DNA from: Promethearchaeia archaeon
GTDB taxonomy: Archaea; Asgardarchaeota; Lokiarchaeia; Sigyniarchaeales; SOKP01
DNA length: 12,806 nt
NCBI GenBank assembly: GCA_046483985.1
Contig: JAWOCD010000018.1
Span: forward strand, 1 to 12,806
Direction: 5' to 3'
Below are positions 1-6,892 of the stretch, one piece after another (position 1 is the stretch's first letter; each line of letters opens with the position of its first letter). The notes under the pieces were generated by a model. The model saw only the letters and a list, made by a program, of their open reading frames with translations. It made no database searches and was not told where the DNA came from. The position numbers and the translations under genes were made by a program.

Positions 1-1485
1 TCAGCGGCTGAGGTGGAGGATCTGCCTGAGCAGCGCTTCTTCGCTGACTTTACCGTATTCTCCGTTATAGAACATTCCCACGTGGACTTCGGATCTGTAC
101 AAGCCTTTGGGAGAATAGCCCGCTCCCTCAAAAACGCCGATTTTGCCCTGATATAAATTTTGATATTTTTCTTTAATTTGTTCTATTTGAGTATCGAATG
201 AACTTTTGGTTTCTTCTATTTTATCTTTGAGGGCTTTAATTTCTTCAGGATCAGGCTGGTTTTGCCGCAGCCGCTCAATTTTCTTCTGCAGCTCAGCCAG
301 GGTCTCATCTCTCTCCTTACGCAGACTTTCCATTTCATCTTGGCCCCAGGGTGTGGGAATCTTTATTCCCGGGGTCAGTAAATGAGCCCATTTGATGTTA
401 TCCGGATCAAGGAGTGCTGTGATATTGGGTTCATGAGGTTCTATGCCCGGTGGATAGAATTCATTGTAGGAAACTGTGGAGGCGAAGTATTCATCTGCCA
501 GATTTCCAAAACCATGGCCGAATTCATGCATAAAGACATCTTCACTTCTTTCATGATCGACTGTAGTCATGGTGTAGTCGTTGTAAATACCACCCCCTCC
601 GTAACGTTTGCTGTTGGCAATGACGATAACCGAATCATAGGGAGCGCTGGAGGCAATATCCCGCAGGGCTTTGTTGTCGTCAATAAGGAGATAGCGCGGA
701 AGGTCGAGAGCATTGAAGGATGCGCTGACGGAGGTATTTCGAAAAATTCCTTTATGCGGCTGGTCCACGCCGGATTCTGAAGAAGGCCTGAAAACACCCC
801 GAACATTGAAGCGCTTTTTTTGTGACTGGAATGGTTGGGTGTTAAACAGAACATCGGTAAGTCGGGTCATATCCTCCTGGAATTTTTTGGCGTCCTCTTT
901 TGTATATCCTTCAGCCACAAACACAAGGTCCACTTTATCATGGGGGTGACCGTTTTCAAGTAGAGTGAACACTCTGTCGTCCGGACAAGGAGTGTGATGG
1001 ATTATATTCACATCTTTGGGATCAATTTTTGTGGAGAAAACAGGGCGGAGGAGGTTTTGCTGGCTCGGGTCTCTGCCTTCGATCACTAACAGAATGGAAG
1101 ATTTAGGAAAGGGAAGGAGCAGGGTTTGATGGAACGTCTTATTGATTCCTTGGAGAGCCGGATTTGTGGTGCGGTACTCACCAAAGATGGTGGCAAAGCC
1201 ACGGGAGTAAATGAGTTTATTGGATGAAATGGAGTACACTTTGAGATAGTACATCCCGCTGTTGAACGGATCGATAAGCTTTTCAGGATTGCCGGCCCAT
1301 CCATCCTGTCTGTAGATCTGGTCAATGCTGAAGAAAAGCTCCTGGGCGTCTCCTGTTTGAAAATAATCAACCCGCATGGTGGCGTCCATGAAGTAATCAT
1401 CAAAACGGATGTCTGTCTGTGAAAATAATATGGCCTGGAAAAAACAAAAAAGAACAAATAAAAATAATAATCTTTTTTTTCTCAT
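1..1485 (-). CDS. Peptidase M64 (IgA peptidase-like) zinc metallopeptidase with signal peptide
   Basis: 494-aa ORF with an N-terminal signal (MRKKRLLFLFVLF...). Carries 'TMRVDYFQTG' typical of the M64 N-terminal domain, 'DLVFVAEGYT', 'YGGGG', zinc motif HEFGH followed by 'LADEY', and 'GVFEGAGY..KGLYR'. Stop codon at 1-3. Confidence 0.9.
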   Translation of the reverse strand: MRKKRLLFLFVLFCFFQAILFSQTDIRFDDYFMDATMRVDYFQTGDAQELFFSIDQIYRQDGWAGNPEKLIDPFNSGMYYLKVYSISSNKLIYSRGFATIFGEYRTTNPALQGINKTFHQTLLLPFPKSSILLVIEGRDPSQQNLLRPVFSTKIDPKDVNIIHHTPCPDDRVFTLLENGHPHDKVDLVFVAEGYTKEDAKKFQEDMTRLTDVLFNTQPFQSQKKRFNVRGVFRPSSESGVDQPHKGIFRNTSVSASFNALDLPRYLLIDDNKALRDIASSAPYDSVIVIANSKRYGGGGIYNDYTMTTVDHERSEDVFMHEFGHGFGNLADEYFASTVSYNEFYPPGIEPHEPNITALLDPDNIKWAHLLTPGIKIPTPWGQDEMESLRKERDETLAELQKKIERLRQNQPDPEEIKALKDKIEETKSSFDTQIEQIKEKYQNLYQGKIGVFEGAGYSPKGLYRSEVHVGMFYNGEYGKVSEEALLRQILHLSR

Positions 1486-1633
1486 TTTTCCTCCATTTTT
1501 CTCTATTTCATCAAATTTCTAGTCTCAACGCAGCTCTTTCGTACATAATACACAGGAGAAACAATTCGAGTCAATAAAAACCGGTTTTCACTGCGGATGT
1601 GATGAACTGATTATACTCATTTAAAATTTTTAT

Positions 1634-2443
1634 TTAGCTTTCTTCAGCCATGTGGACAACATGCTGTGGAAAGGGAATTTCAATTTTATTGGCGTCGAAT
1701 TGTTCTTTAATCTTTCGGGTTAGGTCGAATTTTGTATCCCAGTAATCTTCTCTTTTAACCCAAGGACGGACCACAAAATTGACGCTCGAATCAGCCAGCT
1801 CTGATACTGCGATGGTTGGGGCAGGGTCTTTGAGGACTCTTGGGTCTTCTTTTAGAATTTTTTCAATCGTCTCATATGCCTTGGATATCGAGGATGTGTA
1901 GCCGATTCCAACCACCATATCCAATCTTCTCGTATCATTTACAGAATAATTCTTGATCACATCTCCGTTGAGCTTGCTATTTGGAACGACAACTTTGACG
2001 TTATCAGGAGTGGAAAGGATTGAATTAAATATTCCGATTTCTTTGACTGTGCCAGAGACTCCGGCTCCAATAATGAAATCTCCCACTTTGAAGGGACGAA
2101 AAATTAAAATCATAATTCCCGAAGCAAAATTGGAAAGAGAACCCTGTAGGGCAAAACCGATGGCAAAACCCAAAGCTCCGAGAACCACGACAAATGATGC
2201 GGTCTGTATTCCAAACTTTGCCAGAGCTGCGATGACAGCAAAGACGATGATCAGGATATAGGTTAAACTTGCAACAAATTTTATGAGGGCCTCATCCACA
2301 TCAGATTTCCCCATGATTCTAATGACGATCTTTCGGCCGATACCTGCTGCAATACGACCGATAATCAAAATCAGTATAGCGCCTATGATTTTGAGTCCGT
2401 AAGTTGTGGCAAAAACAATCAATTGATCCATGAAAGTTTCCAT
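1634..2443 (-). CDS. mscS: Small-conductance mechanosensitive channel MscS
   Basis: Three hydrophobic helices, then 'GFALQGSLSNFASG', 'RPFKVGDFI', 'T.DN..VVVPN' and 'IEIPFPQ'. GGAG RBS upstream on the minus strand. Confidence 0.93.
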   Translation of the reverse strand: METFMDQLIVFATTYGLKIIGAILILIIGRIAAGIGRKIVIRIMGKSDVDEALIKFVASLTYILIIVFAVIAALAKFGIQTASFVVVLGALGFAIGFALQGSLSNFASGIMILIFRPFKVGDFIIGAGVSGTVKEIGIFNSILSTPDNVKVVVPNSKLNGDVIKNYSVNDTRRLDMVVGIGYTSSISKAYETIEKILKEDPRVLKDPAPTIAVSELADSSVNFVVRPWVKREDYWDTKFDLTRKIKEQFDANKIEIPFPQHVVHMAEES

Positions 2444-2614
2444 ATCTTTGTCTCCTTTTTTAAAGTTTTATTTTAACTATAAGATAAAGCAATTTCTGTT
2501 GATGATTGTTTTTTGATCCCATCAATTTCTCACCCTCTTGATAATACTATCATACTCTCAGGAATCAAATCTTTTGATTTTTTCTCTTCAAACTGATTTC
2601 ACACCTCTGCTCCC

Positions 2615-2665
2615 ATTTTTGATAAAAAAATTAGGTAAACAGGTATGACGGTACTGTATTTTATG
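2615..2665 (+). repeat. 51-bp direct repeat, copy 1 (pairs with 5732-5782)
   Basis: atttttgataaaaaaattaggtaaacaggtatgacggtactgtattttatg; 50/51 identical to copy 2. Confidence 0.95.
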
Positions 2666-2779
2666 TATGAAATCCCTTATGTATTCTTGTTTACTGAAGG
2701 GTGTGTATTTTACCTTACCACAGCCTATGCACTTTCACTTACCGAGAGGGGTGCAAAAGTCCTTGAGTTTTACATCAAG

Positions 2780-2960
2780 TGTGAAAAACCGACAGAGCAG
2801 GGGATCGTTGAATGGAGAGACTTTGTGGAACTGTCCTTTTTTATCTGTCCCTCCCTCTGTAACCAGAAAATGGAGGTGAGGATGAAAGTTTATCCGGCTT
2901 CCGAATGACTGGATCACCGCAATGATGCCCGGAGTGATATCTTTTTTTGTGACTGCCTTT
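2780..2960 (-). pseudogene. Internal fragment of an IS91-family (HUH/Y2 rolling-circle) transposase
   Basis: Minus frame reads KAVTKKDITPGIIAVIQSFGSRINFHPHLHFLVTEGG..., matching the 'PG...Q.FG....HPHLH.LV..GG' HUH block. No N- or C-terminal domains attached. Boundaries approximate. Confidence 0.85.
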
Positions 2961-2974
2961 GATTTTGTCGTGCT

Positions 2975-3351
2975 TGCTTCACTCTGGGCTGACTACTATT
3001 TGAAGAGAATGCATGAGGAATCTCTGGAATCAGCCAAGGCGGCTTTTACGGTAATGGGCATGGCTGAGATCGCGGACGTCATGGCCAAGGGATATGAGGA
3101 AAACGGTTACCGGGGGGCGATGACCTCCGCAGCGGAGACCATGGCGGAGTTTTCGAAGCAAACTTATATTTCTCCCTATTTCATTGCTGAGACCTATGTT
3201 TTTGCCGAAGGCCATGGAATGGCTTGAGAAAGCCTATGAGATAAGAGATCCCATAATGCCTTATGTGGGTTATCACATTTTTGATCTCCTGGACGACGAC
3301 CCCCGGTACCAGGAACTTCTGCGGAAGATGAACCTGCCTCCATCAAAATAA
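2975..3351 (+). pseudogene. Frameshifted C-terminal TPR fragment of a Ser/Thr kinase or adenylate-cyclase/TolB-like TPR protein
   Basis: ...YISPYFIAETYVFA, then a frameshift near 3205-3210, then AMEWLEKAYEIRDPIMPYVGYHIFDLLDDDPRYQELLRKMNLP...stop at 3351. The 'WLEKAYE.RDP...FD.L..DPRYQ.LLR.MNL' tail is characteristic. The 5' part is missing and the start is approximate. Confidence 0.75.
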
Positions 3352-3380
3352 TAATATTATAAGCCAGGTTTAATATCCAA

Positions 3381-4175
3381 TCATCCTCTTACTATCGCTA
3401 TGAATTTTGAGAATTTCTCAAGAATGTCATTTCTTAAGTCTTGAATGAATTCATCAGGACCGTGTTCTTTTTCTACAAGCAGACATCCTTTACTTGTCTT
3501 CCGATTGAAATATTTATAAAGGTTTTCAGGAGTATCTACAAAGTATCCCTTATCTCTATATTGTTCTACCTCTTTAAAGATTGCAGCTTCATCAGGCACA
3601 TGTCTAAGAATGAAATACATATAATGTAAATCTTTAGCTCGCTTTAATTCATCTTCTCTATCTAAAAAGGTTGCCCCTTTATGATAAAGAAAAGCGGATG
3701 GGCGTGGGCAATAAATTTCATATTCAGCTTTTCGTCTGTCATCAGAAATATCTACTTTGCATCTATGGTTAAGAAGAAAATCAAATCTATCTACTTTATT
3801 TATATTTATCTGTCTTCCGATTAAATTGTCTATCGCATCCCTGCTGATTTCAGGATATGTGATGAATTCCACAGGAATTTTCCCTCCCTTATACAAAACA
3901 ACAGGATACATTTTTCCTATTTCTAAGTGACGCTCTGAATAATCCAAAGCAGAGAGTTTGTCAAAAACTGTCTTTTTCTTTTTCACACCTTGGATATCCC
4001 CAAATCCAAAATCGATGTCAACTGTTGTTATTATCTTTTTAGGTCTTTTCTTCCATAAATAATTTGAATAAATATAGGGAACCCAACCACCTACAAGTGT
4101 AAGGTTCTCAAGATATTCCTTAAGATCATTTAGAACACTGAAAAAAGCGGATTCAAGTTTATGTTGTTCAAACAA
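3381..4175 (-). CDS. Nucleotidyltransferase-fold toxin of a type IV TA / abortive infection pair (AbiEii / GSU2403-like)
   Basis: 'LVGGW', 'TTVDIDF', 'FLYHK' and 'KRAKDLHY' motifs of Pol-beta-like AbiEii NTases. TTG start overlaps the upstream antitoxin stop by 8 bp. Confidence 0.75.
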   Translation of the reverse strand: MFEQHKLESAFFSVLNDLKEYLENLTLVGGWVPYIYSNYLWKKRPKKIITTVDIDFGFGDIQGVKKKKTVFDKLSALDYSERHLEIGKMYPVVLYKGGKIPVEFITYPEISRDAIDNLIGRQININKVDRFDFLLNHRCKVDISDDRRKAEYEIYCPRPSAFLYHKGATFLDREDELKRAKDLHYMYFILRHVPDEAAIFKEVEQYRDKGYFVDTPENLYKYFNRKTSKGCLLVEKEHGPDEFIQDLRNDILEKFSKFIAIVRG

Positions 4176-4875
4176 GAGACTTACCTTGATTCCCTAAAAC
4201 ATTCTCAAGAAATTGCGCATGCTCTCTACCTCTCGGCTGAAAATTATAAAGGTCAAGATAGAGCTGTAAATTAGAGACAACATGGAAGCCTTTTATTACC
4301 TGAGAATTAAACAATATGCTTTTTTTATAATAGGGATTAATGATATAAATATTGCCTCCACTTACCAGTTCTTTGAGGTCTAATTCTTGTCGCAGTCTCA
4401 GAATCTCCTTCTCCCAATTTTTTGAAAAAAAATAAAAGTAAATATTATCCGTTTTAACATAGGATGTGATTAAATTCGCTCCAGAATGAAGAGTGAAAGC
4501 ATATTTGTCTTTATTTTGGATAGATTTAATTTTCTTAAATATATCTTTTTCCGGAGAATAATATAAATCGACTTCGTTAAATTCAAATCTATAATACTTT
4601 AGCCAGGCATTTATGAGCTCTTCCTTATTGGTGAGAACAGTAAAACTTTTAGGTCCTTTTTTTACTCTCTCTACAAAGCCCAACCTGGATAATTCTTCCA
4701 AAACCTCTTGGGCAAATCCTAAACTCACTTTGTTTTCACCAATAAAATCTCTTACTACCCATTTTTTATTTGGATCTTGAAGCATCTTTCTTAATATTAT
4801 GGACGCTTTATCTGCAAAAATATTCTTTCTTCTTTTCATGCTCTTTATAATGTTCACCATTCTTCTTATGTTCAC
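4168..4875 (-). CDS. AbiEi-like type IV TA antitoxin / winged-helix transcriptional regulator (true start probably ATG at 4839)
   Basis: N-terminal wHTH-like segment (VSLGFAQEVLEELSRLGFVER) and C-terminal 'VVSNLQLYLDL....PRGREHAQFL' typical of AbiEi_2-type antitoxins. Translationally coupled to the NTase. Confidence 0.78.
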   Translation of the reverse strand: MNIRRMVNIIKSMKRRKNIFADKASIILRKMLQDPNKKWVVRDFIGENKVSLGFAQEVLEELSRLGFVERVKKGPKSFTVLTNKEELINAWLKYYRFEFNEVDLYYSPEKDIFKKIKSIQNKDKYAFTLHSGANLITSYVKTDNIYFYFFSKNWEKEILRLRQELDLKELVSGGNIYIINPYYKKSILFNSQVIKGFHVVSNLQLYLDLYNFQPRGREHAQFLENVLGNQGKSLV

Positions 4876-4916
4876 TAATTTGCGTACAATATACTATAAG
4901 CGAACATTATTGTCAA
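4847..4916 (-). promoter_or_regulatory. Sigma70 promoter of the abiE-like operon with inverted-repeat operator boxes
   Basis: Minus strand: TTGACA (4916-4911), 17 nt, TATATT (4893-4888). ATAATGTTCGC in the spacer (4900-4910) is inverted relative to ATAATGTTCAC (4847-4857) and TTATGTTCAC (4866-4875). Confidence 0.75.
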
Positions 4917-5017
4917 TGAAAATGAAGGCGCAGGACTTTCCAAACCTGTTCGATGTTCTGTTTATAGAGCTCAAGATGTGTATCTATCCAATGGTTGATG
5001 AGATGAACAAGATGGCA

Positions 5018-5059
5018 TAAGGATAGGAATTTGGTTTTTAAGGATAGGAATTTGGTTTT
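5018..5059 (-). repeat. Perfect 21-bp tandem duplication of an IS91-type oriIS end
   Basis: taaggataggaatttggtttt x2. The minus strand reads AAAACCAAATTCCTATCCTTA, resembling the AAATTCCTAT end of IS91/ISCR ori sites, and lies downstream of the transposase remnant as expected. Confidence 0.75.
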
Positions 5060-5620
5060 TTTGTTGGTGATAATTTTCCCTCCATTTCATCAAATTCCCA
5101 TCATCTAAGCGACTTCATCACTCATCATACATGTAAAATAAAGGTCAAGTCAACAAGCAACCCACCAAAAAGAGAGAACATCAAAAAATCAGTCTAATAG
5201 TGCCACACAAAGAACAGAGATCTCCCTTACCCCTGAACTAGGGGATTAGAATATCACAAATACTCTGATAGTTCCTCAGCGGCTATAGAGAGCTGAGCTT
5301 GAGGAGGCGGGGGCCGAGCAGCCTTAAAAGTCAGATTAAGGTGTTTGATGATCTTGTCTATGACTTTGTGGTCTTCAATAAAGGAGACAATTCGCATGGT
5401 TCCTCCGCATTGGGGACAGATGAGAGGATCGATACTGTGCACATTGAATCCTGTATGACGCCAGTGAAGAATCTTTTGGAAGGCTCTCAAATCGGTTCTC
5501 ATATTCCGGAAGAAATGGCTCAAAATAATGGAAGAGCACACTGTAAAAAACGGTGCGCTCCGGATGATGTGGGCGGTAGACCCTGCTCATGGCAGGGATA
5601 GTGATTCAAGAAATGTGCCG
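5018..5620 (-). mobile_element. Internally deleted, non-autonomous IS91-family element
   Basis: Three non-contiguous transposase pieces are joined: N-terminus (MSRVYRPHHPERTVFY..LFHYFE.FL.EYE.RFE, from 5590), a middle piece (WRHTGFNVH) and the C-terminal zinc ribbon (DPLICPQCGGTMRIVSFIED..VI.KI..HL, to 5254). A hairpin cccct-gaact-agggg near 5230-5244 and the ori end follow. The ter boundary was not identified. Confidence 0.8.
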
Positions 5621-5731
5621 GGAAGGAGAAGAGATTAAAGTCCTCTGTTGATTGATAGGGTAGATTTTGGAGTGAAGTCGTCATGTGTCAACCGTCGTTT
5701 ACTTGAAGAAAAAACAACAATTTTTGTTCCT

Positions 5732-5782
5732 ATTTTTGATAAAAAAATTAGGTAAACAGGTATGACGGCACTGTATTTTATG
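5732..5782 (+). repeat. 51-bp direct repeat, copy 2; overlaps the probable tRNA promoter
   Basis: atttttgataaaaaaattaggtaaacaggtatgacggcactgtattttatg; one mismatch to 2615-2665. Confidence 0.95.
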
Positions 5783-5789
5783 GTAAATT
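5762..5789 (+). promoter_or_regulatory. Possible promoter for the tRNA-Ala gene
   Basis: ATGACG (5762-5767), 16 nt, TAAATT (5784-5789) with an extended TG at 5781-5782, 28 nt upstream of the tRNA 5' end. Confidence 0.4.
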
Positions 5790-5817
5790 ATAGGGGAGAC
5801 CCGTGATTTGATGACGT

Positions 5818-5855
5818 GGGCGGTTAGCTCAGTTGGGAGAGCGTGGCGTTCGCAA
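5818..5855 (+). tRNA. tRNA-Ala(CGC), 5' half only; interrupted at the 3' edge of the anticodon loop
   Basis: GGGCGGT-TA-GCTC-AGTTGGGA-GAGC-G-TGGCG-TTCGCAA: acceptor 5' strand with G3, a perfect D arm, anticodon 5' stem and a 7-nt loop with CGC. The next bases (GATGA) do not pair with TGGCG, and I saw no T-arm or 3' half in the window. Confidence 0.88.
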
Positions 5856-6015
5856 GATGATAGCAGGGAAGATGCTTAAGTTATTGAAATCAAGGGAAAT
5901 ACCAGTGATATCAGCGACTTATCTTTGATTTTCCTTTCAATTATAATACCATAATTTCAGCAATTTTCAATCGATTTTGGCACTTATTTGGCACATGGGG
6001 AGAAGTCTGGTTTGA
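5849..6015 (+). repeat. att-like 167-bp repeat, copy 1 (core TTCGCAA, IHF-like site, tandem arm-type repeats)
   Basis: Gap-free alignment to 11521-11687 with 149/167 identity by hand. Contains TAAGTTATTGAAA (one mismatch to the IHF consensus YAANNNNTTGATW) and TTTGGCAC x2 at an 11-bp period (5976-5983, 5987-5994). Confidence 0.9.
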
Positions 6016-6375
6016 TCATAAGAAAGGGAGTTTATGGAACATAAAGATATCTATGGAAATAGTAAACAATGGACAGTCTAAACCATTAATGTGTCTTCTG
6101 GAATTTTTTCAAATGATACACTTTTTTATCTTATTGTCTCTATGTCATCTGTTTTCAGTTTTACAAAGTGTAACATATGTTACAAAACATATAATCTTAT
6201 CACCGCCATATCTTTTATTTTCTGTTCTATGGATTTTGTTAGATGTAACATTAATTTTTATGTGGATGATTGTTTATAAATCATATCTAATTGATTTTAA
6301 AGGAAATTAATAGATTGGTATGAATTTTGCTCAATTTAATAATATTGGGAAATATTTTAATGAAAGGAAGAAGAG

Positions 6376-6549
6376 ATGATGTTTGTAAAATTATCAGAAG
6401 GAAATATTAGGAAACAAGGTTTTAAAAATAATGAAGTGAATGATGTAACGCCAGAAAGTTTATGCACAGAGCTATGTGCAATGATATGCGAAGCTCCTGG
6501 TGGAGATCGAAGCAATGACACTGTTTTGGGATGGAACATTGCTGGATAA
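6376..6549 (+). CDS. Cys-rich RiPP precursor peptide, 57 aa, absent from the ORF track
   Basis: MMFVKLSEGNIRKQGFKNNEVNDVTPESLCTELCAMICEAPGGDRSNDTVLGWNIAG*. RBS GAAAGGA at 6362-6368, a hydrophilic leader and a CxxxCxxxC core, upstream of and co-oriented with an rSAM/SPASM gene. Confidence 0.85.
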   Translation: MMFVKLSEGNIRKQGFKNNEVNDVTPESLCTELCAMICEAPGGDRSNDTVLGWNIAG

Positions 6550-6892
6550 TAAACTAATCACCATCTAAGTAATTGTATAAAATGTAAATTTGTTCAATTA
6601 ATTTCATTTCGTTATTTAAAAAATTTTATTTGATCTTACCAAAGGAATGAGGGATTTATTTTATTAGATTCCAGATATTTGAAGGTAAAGTGATGTTGGG
6701 TTCATTGGAAACGAGGTAATGAAAAAGTTGCCAAAAAGAAAAATTAGATATTACATAAAGACACAAGAAAGGAAATATCTTCTTTAATTAAATTTGTTTA
6801 AACATCTGAGATAATTCATATTTCATTTCGCTCCTGTTATGAGAAATAATTAATATTACATTACAATAATTTGATAAATTAAGTTCAAATTT

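Noticed and set aside
1-1485. M64 peptidase as the RiPP leader protease
   Set aside because: It lies outside the att-bounded cassette, on the opposite strand and in higher-GC backbone; nothing links it to the cluster.
382-2261. Alternative ORFs 382-780, 567-854, 713-949, 1086-1457 and 1953-2261
   Set aside because: Antisense or out-of-frame shadows of the well-supported M64 and mscS genes, with no recognisable motifs.
2743-2765. GAGAGGGGTGCAAAAGTC, reminiscent of an IS terminal repeat
   Set aside because: No partner inverted repeat or matching transposase in the window.
4879-4906. TTTGCGTACAA resembles the cer XerC arm
   Set aside because: No XerD arm at the right spacing. The region is better explained as the abiE promoter/operator.
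5018-5059. Tandem 21-mers as a CRISPR array
   Set aside because: Only two adjacent units, with no spacers and no cas genes.
5604-5621. Minus-strand CGGCAC-N5-TTGA upstream of the IS91 remnant as a sigma54 promoter
   Set aside because: Lacks the conserved GC at -12 and has no supporting context.
5856-6015. Group I intron in the tRNA anticodon loop
   Set aside because: No P7-like core or 3' exon seen nearby, and the sequence recurs at 11521 without a tRNA exon.
6053-6310. 85-aa and 62-aa hydrophobic/Cys-containing ORFs as second precursors or immunity genes
   Set aside because: Composition is what AT-rich non-coding DNA gives, and they overlap the palindromic regulatory-looking region. Not excluded, but unsupported.
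6357-6539. 60-aa minus-strand ORF in the track
   Set aside because: Antisense to the 57-aa plus-strand precursor, which has an RBS, a Cys motif and the right context.
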